A DNA stretch of 48,101 nucleotides from a virus. Taxonomy: Duplodnaviria; Heunggongvirae; Uroviricota; Caudoviricetes. The notes beneath the pieces are model-generated. The model had not been told where the DNA came from, did no database searches, and saw nothing but the letters and a program-made list of their open reading frames with translations. The stretch lies in the IMG/VR virus record IMGVR_UViG_2939521961_000008; one strand, 5' to 3'. Made by a program: the position numbers and the translations under genes. How positions within the stretch are numbered: the stretch's first letter is position 1; each line of letters opens with the position of its first letter. Below, piece by piece: positions 19,453-33,002 of this stretch.

Positions 19453-19667
19453 ATGGGTAAAAAATGCCCGAATGGGTTCGGGCAATAGCATGAGATACTG
19501 ATATTGTTGTGTTGTTATCGTGTGGATTTTAACCAGGGTTTATCAGGCTGCGCAACTGCGTGGCCTTTTTTCATTTCTTGGGCTGTAGTCCCCGTGTGTC
19601 ATTCAGGCTTCCGGACTACAGCCCACTCCATATCTGATTTAATACACTATCCCGGCCGGGAGGAATA

Positions 19668-21518
19668 ATGACATTTAAACATTATGATGTTGTCAGGGCG
19701 GCGTCGCCGTCAGACCTTGCGGAAAAGCTGACACACAAACTGAAAGAGGGCTGGCAGCCGTTTGGGAGTCCGGTGGCCATAACCCCTTATACCCTGATGC
19801 AGGCGATTACAGCAGAAGGTGATGTGGTGGTCAGTGGTGCAACTGAGCCGGAGTGGTACTACGTCATCGTACTGGCCGGGCAGTCCAATGCCATGGCTTA
19901 CGGTGAAGGGCTTCCGCTGCCGGATTCATACGATGCTCCGGATCCGCGCATTAAACAGCTGGCGCGCCGCAGTACAGTGACGCCGGGTGGGGCTGCCTGC
20001 AGATATAACGATATTATTCCGGCCGACCACTGCCTGCATGATGTGCAGGATATGAGTACGCTGAATCATCCGAAGGCAGACCTGAGCAAAGGGCAGTACG
20101 GCTGTGTCGGCCAGGGGTTACATATTGCCAAAAAACTGCTCCCGTATATCCCGAATAACGCGGGGATCCTGCTGGTACCATGCTGTCGTGGTGGTTCGGC
20201 ATTCACCCAGGGCGCGGAGGGGACATTCAGTGCGGACACGGGGGCCAGCCAGGATTCGGCACGCTGGGGTGTGGGTAAACCGTTATATCAGGACCTGATT
20301 GCGCGCACTAAAGCTGCATTACAGAAGAACCCGAAAAATGTGTTGCTGGCGGTGTGCTGGATGCAGGGAGAGTTTGACATGAGCGCCGCCACCCACGCAC
20401 AGCAACCTGCGCTGTTTACAGCCATGCTGACACAGTTTCGTGCTGACCTCTCCGTGTTTAACGCGCAGTGCCATGGTGGCAGTGCTGCAGATGTGCCGTG
20501 GATTTGTGGTGACACGACGTATTACTGGAAAAATACATACGCTACCCAGTACGACACCGTGTACGGCGGGTATAAAAACAGGGAGAGTGAGGGCGTTTAT
20601 TTTGTGCCCTTCATGACAGACGGTAACGGTGTCAATACCGCCACTAACGCGCCGGCAGAAGATCCGGATATTCCGGCATCAGGATATTACGGTGCGGCAT
20701 CGAGAACGAATGGAAACCAGGTATCATCAAACCGCCCGACACATTTCAGTTCATGGGCGCGCAGGAGCATTATTCCGGATCGTCTGGCAACCGCTATTCT
20801 GAACGCAGCCGGGCGCACCTCCGCCTTCATCAGTGGTAAGGCACCGGAAATCAAACCCTCGCCCGGCGGCAACACGCCATCGGGTCCGTCTGCAGATACG
20901 TCCGTTCGCACAATCTCCCTGCTGCCGGCAGCCGGAGAGGCTGCTGCGCAGGGCTGGAGCATTAAGGATGGCGGAATTCAGTTGTCAGATGGTGTATTTA
21001 AGATCACCAAGCAGAGCAATAAAACCTGGTCCCTGACGCATCCGGTGGATGACGCAATTACCCTGCTGACACAGGGCGGCAGACTGACCTGTAAGTTCCG
21101 CCTGTCAGGCGCACTGACCAACAATCAGTTCGGGCTGGGGATTTATCTGTATACGGATGCTCCCGTTCCTGATGGTGTGGCGATGACGGGTACCGGTAAT
21201 CCGTTCCTGATGTCGTACTTCACTCAGACCACTGACGGCAGAGTGAATCTGATGCATCACAGGAAAGCCGGAAACACGAAGCTGGGGGAGTTCGGCGATT
21301 ACGGTAACGACTGGCAGACGCTGGAGCTGGTGTTCACCGCCGGCAGTGCCACGGTTACTCCGAAACTGAATGGAGTGGCTGGCCCGGCATTCCAGGTTAT
21401 AAAAGACAGTCTGACACTGGGACTGAATGCGCTGACGCTGACGGATGTTACAAAAAATGCAGCGTATGGCGTTGAGATAGAAAGTCTGATGCTGGAGATA
21501 AATGCACCGGCAGCATAA
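19668..21518 (+). CDS. nanS: prophage sialate O-acetylesterase (NanS-p / YjhS-like), 616 aa
   Basis: RBS GGGAGG; N-terminal small domain followed by an SGNH-hydrolase-type GQSNA motif (VLAGQSNAMAYGEG); size and position between Q and lysis genes as in Stx-type phages. Confidence 0.75.
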   Translation: MTFKHYDVVRAASPSDLAEKLTHKLKEGWQPFGSPVAITPYTLMQAITAEGDVVVSGATEPEWYYVIVLAGQSNAMAYGEGLPLPDSYDAPDPRIKQLARRSTVTPGGAACRYNDIIPADHCLHDVQDMSTLNHPKADLSKGQYGCVGQGLHIAKKLLPYIPNNAGILLVPCCRGGSAFTQGAEGTFSADTGASQDSARWGVGKPLYQDLIARTKAALQKNPKNVLLAVCWMQGEFDMSAATHAQQPALFTAMLTQFRADLSVFNAQCHGGSAADVPWICGDTTYYWKNTYATQYDTVYGGYKNRESEGVYFVPFMTDGNGVNTATNAPAEDPDIPASGYYGAASRTNGNQVSSNRPTHFSSWARRSIIPDRLATAILNAAGRTSAFISGKAPEIKPSPGGNTPSGPSADTSVRTISLLPAAGEAAAQGWSIKDGGIQLSDGVFKITKQSNKTWSLTHPVDDAITLLTQGGRLTCKFRLSGALTNNQFGLGIYLYTDAPVPDGVAMTGTGNPFLMSYFTQTTDGRVNLMHHRKAGNTKLGEFGDYGNDWQTLELVFTAGSATVTPKLNGVAGPAFQVIKDSLTLGLNALTLTDVTKNAAYGVEIESLMLEINAPAA

Positions 21519-21810
21519 TAAAAAAAGCCAGCGACTGACCTGAAAAAGAAGACGCTGGCTAAAAGGCCTTATATGTTTGTAGAGACTTATTTTTCACAGA
21601 CAGCAATGATGCCTGTCAATATATTATCAATATGCGGATTGTTTCAGTTACAGATGCCTTATTAAGGAAAAAAACAGCCAGCACTGACTTTCGGTGGAGA
21701 GGTGCTGGCTCAAAAGGATAGATGTACTTCACATGTTGCTTCTATATGGCAGTACATTTTCTGACAGACAGTGACGGATGTTGTCAAGATATTGTGTCAT
21801 TTATAACCTG
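21519..21810. repeat. two imperfect direct repeats of about 145 bp, each starting with an A-run plus a GCCAGC...GCTGGC hairpin
   Basis: Copy 1 around 21519-21667, copy 2 around 21668-21810; shared blocks AAAAAAA-GCCAGC-ACTGAC, GCTGGCT-AAAAGG, TTTTC-ACAGACAG, TGTCAA-ATATT. Confidence 0.6.
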
Positions 21811-21965
21811 AATCAGGGGAGGCCGGAATGTTATCTGGCATTTTTAGCAGAGCCTGAATGCCATAATCACGGCTCCCGGCGTTGGCCGTCAGTGGGTGAC
21901 ACTGGCGGCTTTTTTGTTTTTCTTTACTTTCATTTTCTGTCGGCGGTGACGGAGACATACATCAG

Positions 21966-22172
21966 ATGGAAAAAATCACAACAGGTGTGTCATACACCAC
22001 GTCAGCGGTGGGGACGGGATACTGGTTACTGCAGCTGCTGGACAAAGTCTCTCCGTCCCAGTGGGTGGCAATAGGTGTGCTGGGAAGTCTGCTGTTTGGC
22101 CTGCTGACGTATCTGACAAATCTTTATTTCAAGATTAAAGAAGATAAGCGTAAGGCTGCGAGAGGTGAATAA
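21966..22172 (+). CDS. S: class II holin, phage-21 S-type pinholin, 68 aa
   Basis: [68 protein letters not shown] closely resembles S21. Confidence 0.85.
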   Translation: MEKITTGVSYTTSAVGTGYWLLQLLDKVSPSQWVAIGVLGSLLFGLLTYLTNLYFKIKEDKRKAARGE

Positions 22173-22669
22173 TGTCGCCGTCATTACGCAAGGCTGTTGC
22201 AGCTGCTATTGGTGGTGGGGCTGTTGCCATAGCGTCTGTGCTCATCACTGGTCCAGGTGGTAACGATGGTCTGGAAGGTGTCAGCTACATACCATACAAA
22301 GATATCGTTGGCGTATGGACTGTATGTCACGGACACACCGGAAAAGACATCATGCCCGGTAAAACGTATACCGAAGCAGAATGCAAAGCCCTCCTGAATA
22401 AAGACCTTGCCACGGTCGCCAGACAAATTAACCCGTACATCAACGTCGATATACCGGAAACAACGCGCGGCGCTCTTTACTCGTTCGTTTACAACGTGGG
22501 CGCTGGCAATTTCAGAACATCGACGCTTCTTCGCAAAATAAACCAGGGCGATATCAAAGGCGCATGTGATCAGCTACGGCGCTGGACATACGCTGGCGGT
22601 AAGCAATGGAAAGGGCTGATGACTCGCCGCGAGATTGAGCGTGAAGTCTGTTTGTGGGGGCAACAATGA
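22172..22669 (+). CDS. R: SAR endolysin (lysozyme with N-terminal signal-anchor-release segment)
   Basis: ATGA overlap with holin; hydrophobic Gly/Ala-rich N-terminus [20 protein letters not shown] followed by a lysozyme-like domain. Confidence 0.8.
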   Translation: MSPSLRKAVAAAIGGGAVAIASVLITGPGGNDGLEGVSYIPYKDIVGVWTVCHGHTGKDIMPGKTYTEAECKALLNKDLATVARQINPYINVDIPETTRGALYSFVYNVGAGNFRTSTLLRKINQGDIKGACDQLRRWTYAGGKQWKGLMTRREIEREVCLWGQQ

Positions 22670-23103
22670 GCAGGGTAACCGTTATTATCTCCGCTCTGGT
22701 TATCTGCATTATCGCCTGCCAGTCATGGGCTGTTAATCATTACCGTGATAACGCCATCGCCTACAAAGAGCAGCGCGATAAAGCCACATCCATCATCGCT
22801 GATATGCAGAAGCGGCAACGTGATGTAGCAGAACTTGACGCCAGATACACAAAGGAGCTTGCTGATGCTAATGCGACTATCGAAAGTCTCCGTGCTGATG
22901 TTTCTGCTGGGCGTAAGCGCCTGCAAGTCTCCGCCACCTGTGCAAAGTCAACGACCGGAGCCAGCAGCATGGGCGATGGAGAAAGCCCAGGACTTACATC
23001 AGATGCTGAACTCAATTATTACCGTCTCCGAGGTGGAATCGACAAGATAACCGCGCAGGTTAACTACCTGCAGGAATACATCAGGACGCAGTGCTTAAAA
23101 TAA
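22666..23103 (+). CDS. Rz: Rz-like inner-membrane spanin
   Basis: N-terminal TM helix then coiled-coil rich periplasmic region; follows endolysin. Confidence 0.75.
   Translation: MSRVTVIISALVICIIACQSWAVNHYRDNAIAYKEQRDKATSIIADMQKRQRDVAELDARYTKELADANATIESLRADVSAGRKRLQVSATCAKSTTGASSMGDGESPGLTSDAELNYYRLRGGIDKITAQVNYLQEYIRTQCLK
22871..23050 (+). CDS. Rz1: Rz1-like outer-membrane lipoprotein spanin embedded in the +1 frame of Rz
   Basis: [18 protein letters not shown] lipobox followed by Pro-rich segment [16 protein letters not shown]; start codon choice uncertain (22865 or 22871). Confidence 0.6.
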   Translation: MRLSKVSVLMFLLGVSACKSPPPVQSQRPEPAAWAMEKAQDLHQMLNSIITVSEVESTR

Positions 23104-23140
23104 TTTTAATTTCACTGAAATTTAACAAGTGACTTTCAGG

Positions 23141-23169
23141 AAAATGCCTCGCAGATGCGGGGCATTTTT
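23141..23169 (+). terminator. terminator-like hairpin after the lysis cassette
   Basis: AAAATGCC...GGCATTTTT with A-run and T-run flanks (potentially bidirectional). Confidence 0.45.
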
Positions 23170-23321
23170 GTACCGGTATTTCACCGCGCACCGCAGCGCA
23201 CAATAAACACCGAACCTGACCCTTTGGAATGGGCCTTTGAGGATACCAGTTAGTGCTGGCGAGCCTCGGTGGGCTGGTTTCCTGTGCGGCAAAGGTTCAT
23301 TTCAAAGAAGCAGGCAACGCC

Positions 23322-23870
23322 ATGAATGAATTAATTGCGAATCATGACTTCGACTTTCGCCAGTTAGTTACCGCAGCAGAAGGTCAACCGGTAACTGACA
23401 CCTTCCAGATTGCCAGGGCATTTGGTAAACGCCATCAGCATGTGATTAGGGCTATTAAATGTTTGAGATGTTCTGAGGAATTCTCGACAACCCATTTTTG
23501 GGCCGTCGAGAAAATCAATGACTTAGGTATTTTTGACAAGAAACAGATTTACTACCGCATGGACTTTAGTGGCTTCGTTATGCTGGTTATGGGATTTAAC
23601 GGGGCAAAAGCCGATGCTGTTAAAGAAGCCTATATCAATGCGTTTAACTGGATGTCAGCAGAACTCCGTAAGTACAGCGAAAGTTATGAAGCAGAACGTA
23701 ACGCCGTAATGCTGGAGTACATGAAAGAGAAGGATGTCGCCAGCATGTCAGGCCGTCTGCTCAATCGCTGGGGGAGAACGAAAAAACCTCAATTGCTTGC
23801 AAAGCTGGAACGTCTGGAGAGACAGGGACAGTTTTTATTACCGGGATTCGATAAAGGTATTCAAGCCTGA
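23322..23870 (+). CDS. rha: Rha-family phage regulatory protein (ORF track begins at GTG 23253)
   Basis: N-terminal segment VTDTFQIARAFGKRHQHVIRAIKCL typical of the Rha/ORF6N domain. Confidence 0.65.
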   Translation: MNELIANHDFDFRQLVTAAEGQPVTDTFQIARAFGKRHQHVIRAIKCLRCSEEFSTTHFWAVEKINDLGIFDKKQIYYRMDFSGFVMLVMGFNGAKADAVKEAYINAFNWMSAELRKYSESYEAERNAVMLEYMKEKDVASMSGRLLNRWGRTKKPQLLAKLERLERQGQFLLPGFDKGIQA

Positions 23871-24057
23871 CACATTATGCGCTGTATCGTCGCCGTATTC
23901 CCGCATTAACCATGACCGTAGCCCGACGGGGAATTCCTTCTGCGTGAGTGTGCGGGAATAATCAAAAACGATGCACACCGGGTTTTACTGTGCTGACAGA
24001 CGCAGGGTTACCCTCATAGTCGCTTTTCCGGTGCGATGGTGGAAGAAACCGGGATGT

Positions 24058-24252
24058 TCATCCATCATCACTTTGGATTGATGTATATGCTCTCTTTTCT
24101 GACGTTAGTCTCCGACGGCAGGCTTCAATGACCCAGGCTGAGAAATTCCCAGACCCTTTTTGCTCAAGAGCGATGTTAATTTGTTCAATCATTTGGTTAG
24201 GAAAGCGGATGTTGCGGGTTGTTGTTCTGCGGGTTCTGTTCTTCGTTGACAT
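24058..24252 (-). CDS. DUF3950/YlcI-like small DNA-binding protein, 64 aa
   Basis: Opposite strand to all neighbours; MSTKNRTRRTTTRNIRFPNQMIEQINIALEQKGSGNFSAWVIEACRRRL resembles small ribbon-helix-helix-type prophage proteins found between lysis and terminase genes. Confidence 0.55.
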   Translation of the reverse strand: MSTKNRTRRTTTRNIRFPNQMIEQINIALEQKGSGNFSAWVIEACRRRLTSEKRAYTSIQSDDG

Positions 24253-24451
24253 GAGGTTGCCCTGTATTCAGTGTCGCTGATTTGTATTGTCTGAAGTTGT
24301 TTTTACGTTAAGTTGATGCAGATCAATTAATACGATACCTGCGTCATAATTGATTATTTGACGTGGTTTGATGGCGTAGATGCACGTTGTGACATGTAGA
24401 TGATAATTATTATCATTTTGCGGGTCCTTTCCGGCGATCCGACAGGTTACG

Positions 24452-24463
24452 GGGCGGCGACCT
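24452..24463 (+). other. cosN cohesive-end site (lambda-type 12-nt overhang GGGCGGCGACCT); cosB lies downstream toward Nu1
   Basis: CGACAGGTTACG|GGGCGGCGACCT|CGCGGGTTTTCGCTATTTATGAAAATTTTCCGG reproduces the lambda right-end/left-end junction as I recall it. Confidence 0.85.
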
Positions 24464-24640
24464 CGCGGGTTTTCGCTATTTATGAAAATTTTCCGGTTTA
24501 AGGCGTTTCCGTTCTTCTTCGCCGTAACCTAATGTTTTTATTTAAAACACCCCCTGAAAAGAAAGGAAACGACAGGTGCTGAAAACGAGCTTTTTGGCCT
24601 CTGTCGTTTCCTTTCTCTGTTTTTGTCCGTGGAATGAACA

Positions 24641-25160
24641 ATGGAAGTCAACAAAAAGCAGCTGGCTGACATTTTCGGTGCGAGTATCCGTACCATTCAG
24701 AACTGGCAGGAACAGGGAATGCCCGTTCTGCGAGGCGGTGGCAAGGGTAATGAGGTGCTTTATGACTCTGCCGCCGTCATAAAATGGTATGCCGAAAGGG
24801 ATGCTGAAATTGAGAACGAAAAGCTGCGCCGGGAAGTTGAAGAACTGCGGCAGGCCAGCGAGACAGATCTCCAGCCAGGGACTATTGAGTACGAACGCCA
24901 TCGACTTACGCGTGCGCAGGCCGACGCACAGGAGCTGAAAAATGCCAGAGACTCCGCTGAAGTGGTGGAAACCGCATTCTGTACTTTCGTGCTGTCGCGG
25001 ATCGCAGGTGAAATTGCCAGTATTCTCGACGGGATCCCCCTGTCGGTGCAGCGGCGTTTTCCGGAACTGGAAAACCGACATGTTGATTTCCTGAAACGGG
25101 ATATCATCAAAGCCATGAACAAAGCAGCCGCGCTGGATGAACTGATACCGGGGTTGCTGA

Positions 25161-25186
<26 letters not shown>
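24641..25186 (+). CDS. Nu1: terminase small subunit Nu1, 181 aa
   Basis: MEVNKKQLADIFGASIRTIQNWQEQGMPVL... essentially lambda Nu1. Confidence 0.95.
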
Positions 25187-28867
<3,681 letters not shown>

Positions 28868-28887
<20 letters not shown>

Positions 28888-30187
28888 TCTCCCGCATATT
28901 GCCAGCATGGCTTTTAATGAGCCGCTGATGCTTGAACCCGCCTATGCGCGGGTTTTCTTTTGTGCGCTTGCAGGCCAGCTTGGGATCAGCCGCCTGACGG
29001 ATGCAGTATCCGGCGACAGCCTGACTGCCGGAGAGGCACCCGCGGCGCTGGCGTTATCCGGTGATGATGACGGACCACGACAGGCCCGGAGTTATCAGGT
29101 CATGAACGGCATCGCCGTGCTGCCGGTGTCCGGTACGCTGGTCAGCCGGACGCGGGCGCTGCAGCCGTATTCGGGGATGACCGGTTACAACGGCATTATC
29201 GCCCGTCTGCAACAGGCTGCCAGCGACCCGATGGTGGACGGCATTCTGCTCGATATGGACACACCGGGCGGAATGGTGGCGGGAGCATTTGACTGTGCTG
29301 ACATCATCGCCCGTGTGCGTGACATAAAACCGGTATGGGCGCTGGCCAACGACATGAACTGCAGTGCAGGTCAGCTGCTTGCCAGCGCCGCCTCCCGGCG
29401 TCTGGTCACGCAGACCGCCCGGACAGGCTCCATCGGCGTCATGATGGCTCACAGTAATTACGGTGCTGCCCTGGAGAAACAGGGCGTGGAAATCACGCTG
29501 ATTTACAGCGGCAGCCATAAGGTGGATGGCAACCCCTACAGCCATCTACCGGGTGATGTCCGGGAAACACTGCAGTCCCGGATGGATGCAACCCGCCGGA
29601 TGTTTGCGCAGAAGGTGTCGGCATATACCGGCCTGTCCGTGCAGGCTGTGCTGGATACCGAGGCTGCAGTGTACAGCGGTCAGGAGGCCATTGATGCCGG
29701 ACTGGCTGATGAACTTGTCAACAGCACCGATGCGATCACCGTTATGCGTGATGCACTGGATGCACGTAAATCCCGTCTCTCAGGAGGGCGAATGACCAAA
29801 GAGACTCAATCAACAACTGTTTCAGCCACTGCTTCGCAGGCTGACGTTACTGGCGTGGTGCCAGCGATGGAGGGCGAAAACGCCAGCGCGGCGCAGCCGG
29901 ACGTGAACGCGCAGATCACCGCTGCGGTTGCGGCAGAAAACAGCCGCATTATGGGGATCCTCAACTGTGAGGAGGCTCACGGACGCGAAGAACAGGCCCG
30001 CGTGCTGGCAGAAACCCCCGGTATGACCGTGGAAACGGCCCGCCGCATTCTGGCCGCAGCACCACAGAGTGCACAGGCGCGCAGTGATACTGCGCTGGAT
30101 CGTCTGATGCAGGGGGCACCGGCACCGCTGGCTGCAGGTAACCCGGCATCTGATGCCGTTAACGATTTGCTGAACACACCAGTGTAA
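28868..30187 (+). CDS. C: prohead protease/scaffold protein C, GTG start, 439 aa
   Basis: GTG-initiated MTAELRNLPHIASMAFNEPLML...; ORF track frame extends upstream to 28733. Confidence 0.9.
29582..30187 (+). CDS. Nu3: scaffolding protein Nu3 (in-frame internal start within C)
   Basis: ATG at 29582 (MDATRRMF...) in frame with C, matching the lambda C/Nu3 nested arrangement. Confidence 0.65.
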   Translation: MDATRRMFAQKVSAYTGLSVQAVLDTEAAVYSGQEAIDAGLADELVNSTDAITVMRDALDARKSRLSGGRMTKETQSTTVSATASQADVTGVVPAMEGENASAAQPDVNAQITAAVAAENSRIMGILNCEEAHGREEQARVLAETPGMTVETARRILAAAPQSAQARSDTALDRLMQGAPAPLAAGNPASDAVNDLLNTPV

Positions 30188-30196
30188 GGGATGTTT

Positions 30197-30529
30197 ATGA
30201 CGAGCAAAGAAACCTTTACCCATTACCAGCCGCTGGGCAACAGTGACCCGGCTCATACCGCAACCGCGCCCGGCGGATTGAGTGCGAAAGCGTCTGCAAT
30301 GACCCCGCTGATGCTGGACACCGCCACCCGTAAGCTGGTTGCGTGGGATGGCACCACCGACGGTGCTGCCGTTGGCATTCTTGCGGTTGCTGCTGACCAG
30401 ACCAGCACCACGCTGACGTTCTACAAGTCCGGCACGTTCCGTTATGAGGATGTGCTCTGGCCGGAGGCTGCCAGCGACGAGACGAAAAAACGGACCGCGT
30501 TTGCCGGAACGGCAATCAGCATCGTTTAA
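30197..30529 (+). CDS. D: head decoration protein D, 110 aa
   Basis: [32 protein letters not shown]... near-identical to lambda gpD. Confidence 0.95.
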   Translation: MTSKETFTHYQPLGNSDPAHTATAPGGLSAKASAMTPLMLDTATRKLVAWDGTTDGAAVGILAVAADQTSTTLTFYKSGTFRYEDVLWPEAASDETKKRTAFAGTAISIV

Positions 30530-30549
30530 CCTTACCCTTCATCACTAAA

Positions 30550-30571
30550 GGCCGCCTGTGCGGCTTTTTTT
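30550..30571 (+). terminator. intergenic hairpin plus T-run between D and E (partial terminator or RNA processing element)
   Basis: GGCCGC-CTGT-GCGGC followed by TTTTTTT. Confidence 0.45.
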
Positions 30572-30584
30572 ACGGGATTTTTTT

Positions 30585-31610
30585 ATGTCGATGTACACAA
30601 CCGCCCAGCTGCTGGCGGCAAATGAGCAGAAATTTAAGTTTGATCCGCTGTTTCTGCGTCTCTTTTTCCGTGAGAGCTATCCCTTCACCACGGAGAAAGT
30701 CTATCTCTCACAAATTCCGGGACTGGTAAACATGGCGCTGTACGTTTCGCCGATTGTTTCCGGTGAGGTTATCCGTTCCCGTGGCGGCTCCACCTCTGAA
30801 TTTACGCCGGGATATGTCAAGCCGAAGCATGAGGTGAATCCGCAGATGACCCTGCGTCGCCTGCCGGATGAAGATCCGCAGAATCTGGCGGACCCGGCTT
30901 ACCGCCGCCGTCGCATCATCATGCAGAACATGCGTGACGAAGAGCTGGCCATTGCCCAGGTCGAAGAGATGCAGGCAGTTTCTGCCGTGCTTAAGGGCAA
31001 ATACACCATGACCGGTGAAGCCTTTGATCCGGTTGAGGTGGATATGGGCCGCAGTGCGGCAAACAACATCACACAGTCCGGTGGCACGGAGTGGAGCAAG
31101 CGTGACAAGTCCACGTATGACCCGACCGACGATATCGAAGCCTACGCGCTGAACGCCAGCGGCGTGGTGAATATCATCGTGTTTGATCCGAAAGGATGGG
31201 CGCTGTTCCGTTCCTTCAAAGCCGTCAGGGATAAGCTGGATACCCGTCGCGGCTCTCATTCCGAGCTGGAGACAGCGGTAAAAGACCTGGGCAAAGCGGT
31301 GTCTTATAAGGGAATGTATGGCGATGTGGCCATCGTCGTGTATTCCGGACAGTACGTGGAAAACGGCGTCAAAAAGAACTTCCTGCCGGACAACACGATG
31401 GTGCTGGGGAACACTCAGGCACGCGGTCTGCGTACCTATGGCTGTATTCAGGATGCGGACGCACAGCGCGAAGGCATTAACGCCTCTGCCCGTTACCCGA
31501 AAAACTGGGTGACTACCGGCGATCCGGCGCGAGAGTTCACCATGATTCAGTCAGCACCGCTGATGCTGCTGGCTGACCCTGATGAGTTCGTGTCTGTACA
31601 ACTGGCGTAA
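30585..31610 (+). CDS. E: major capsid protein E, 341 aa
   Basis: MSMYTTAQLLAANEQKFKFDPLFLRLFFRESYPF... near-identical to lambda gpE. Confidence 0.95.
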   Translation: MSMYTTAQLLAANEQKFKFDPLFLRLFFRESYPFTTEKVYLSQIPGLVNMALYVSPIVSGEVIRSRGGSTSEFTPGYVKPKHEVNPQMTLRRLPDEDPQNLADPAYRRRRIIMQNMRDEELAIAQVEEMQAVSAVLKGKYTMTGEAFDPVEVDMGRSAANNITQSGGTEWSKRDKSTYDPTDDIEAYALNASGVVNIIVFDPKGWALFRSFKAVRDKLDTRRGSHSELETAVKDLGKAVSYKGMYGDVAIVVYSGQYVENGVKKNFLPDNTMVLGNTQARGLRTYGCIQDADAQREGINASARYPKNWVTTGDPAREFTMIQSAPLMLLADPDEFVSVQLA

Positions 31611-31651
31611 TCATGGCCCTTCGGGGCCATTGTTTCTCTGTGGATGAGTCC

Positions 31652-32047
31652 ATGACGAAAGATGAACTGATTGCCCGTCTCCGCTCGCTGGGTGAACAAC
31701 TGAACCGTGATGTCAGCCTGACGGGGACGAAAGAAGAACTGGCGCTCCGTGTGGCAGAGCTGGAAGAGGAGCTTGATGACACGGATGACGCAGCCGGTCA
31801 GGACACGTCTGTCAGCCCGGAAAATGCGCTGACCGGACATGAAAATGAGGTGGTATCAGCACAGACGGATACCGTGACTGATACGGCTGCTCTGGTCACG
31901 GTTGTGGCACTGGTGACGCTGCATACCGATGCACTTCACGCCACGCGGGATGAACCTGTGGCATTTGTGCTGCCGGGAACGGCGTTTCGTGTCTCTGCCG
32001 GTGTGGCAGCCGAAATGACAGAACGTGGCCTGGCCAGAATGCAATAA
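31652..32047 (+). CDS. FI: DNA packaging protein FI
   Basis: MTKDELIARLRSLGEQLNRDVSLTGTKEELALRVAELEEELDD... Confidence 0.9.
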   Translation: MTKDELIARLRSLGEQLNRDVSLTGTKEELALRVAELEEELDDTDDAAGQDTSVSPENALTGHENEVVSAQTDTVTDTAALVTVVALVTLHTDALHATRDEPVAFVLPGTAFRVSAGVAAEMTERGLARMQ

Positions 32048-32058
32048 CGGGAGGCGCT

Positions 32059-32412
32059 GTGGCTGATTTCGATAACCTGTTCGATGCTGCCATTGCCCGC
32101 GCCGATGAAACGATACGCGGGTACATGGGAACGTCAGCCACCATGACATCCGGTGAGCAGTCCGGCGCAGTAATACGTGGTGTTTTTGATGACCCTGAAA
32201 ATATCAGCTATGCCGGACAGGGCGTGCGCGTTGAAGGCTCCAGCCCGTCCCTGTTTGTCCGGACTGATGATGTGCGGCAGCTGCGGCGTGGAGACACGCT
32301 GACCATCGGTGAGGAAAACTTCTGGATAGACCGGATTTCGCCGGATGATGGCGGAAGCTGTCATCTCTGGCTTGGGCGTGGCGTGCCGCCTGCCGTTAAC
32401 CGTCGCCGCTGA
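32059..32412 (+). CDS. FII: head-tail connector FII, 117 aa
   Basis: Lambda order and size. Confidence 0.9.
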   Translation: MADFDNLFDAAIARADETIRGYMGTSATMTSGEQSGAVIRGVFDDPENISYAGQGVRVEGSSPSLFVRTDDVRQLRRGDTLTIGEENFWIDRISPDDGGSCHLWLGRGVPPAVNRRR

Positions 32413-32423
32413 AAGGGGGATGT

Positions 32424-33002
32424 ATGGCCATAAAAGGTCTTGAGCAGGCCGTTGAAAACCTCAGCCGTATCAGCAAAACGGCGGTGCCCGGTGCGTCAGC
32501 AATGGCCATTAACCGCGTTGCTTCATCCGCGATATCGCAGTCTGCGTCACAGGTTGCCCGTGAGACAAAGGTACGCCGGAAACTGGTAAAGGAAAGGGCC
32601 AGGCTGAAAAGGGCCACGGTTAAAAATCCGCAGGCCAGAATCAAGGTTAACCGGGGGGATTTGCCCGTAATCAAGCTGGGGAATGCGCGGGTTGTCCTGT
32701 CCCGACGCAGGCGTCGTAAAAAGGGGCAGCGTTCATCCCTGAAAGGTGGCGGCAGCGTGCTTGTGGTGGGAAACCGTCGTATTCCCGGCGCGTTTATTCA
32801 GCAACTGAAAAATGGGCGGTGGCATGTCATGCAGCGTGTGGCCGGGAAAAACCGTTACCCCATTGATGTGGTGAAAATCCCGATGGCGGTGCCGCTTACC
32901 ACGGCGTTTAAACAGAATATTGAACGGATACGGCGTGAACGTCTTCCGAAAGAGCTGGGCTATGCGCTGCAGCATCAACTGAGAATGGTAATAAAGCGAT
33001 GA
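32424..33002 (+). CDS. Z: tail completion protein Z, 192 aa
   Basis: Lambda order and size. Confidence 0.9.
   Translation: MAIKGLEQAVENLSRISKTAVPGASAMAINRVASSAISQSASQVARETKVRRKLVKERARLKRATVKNPQARIKVNRGDLPVIKLGNARVVLSRRRRRKKGQRSSLKGGGSVLVVGNRRIPGAFIQQLKNGRWHVMQRVAGKNRYPIDVVKIPMAVPLTTAFKQNIERIRRERLPKELGYALQHQLRMVIKR

Noticed and set aside
18600-19660. Possible tRNA genes in the Q-to-nanS-p interval (where Stx phages carry tRNAs)
   Set aside because: No cloverleaf with a GTTCRA T-loop could be found by eye; only simple hairpins. A tRNAscan run would be needed to be certain.
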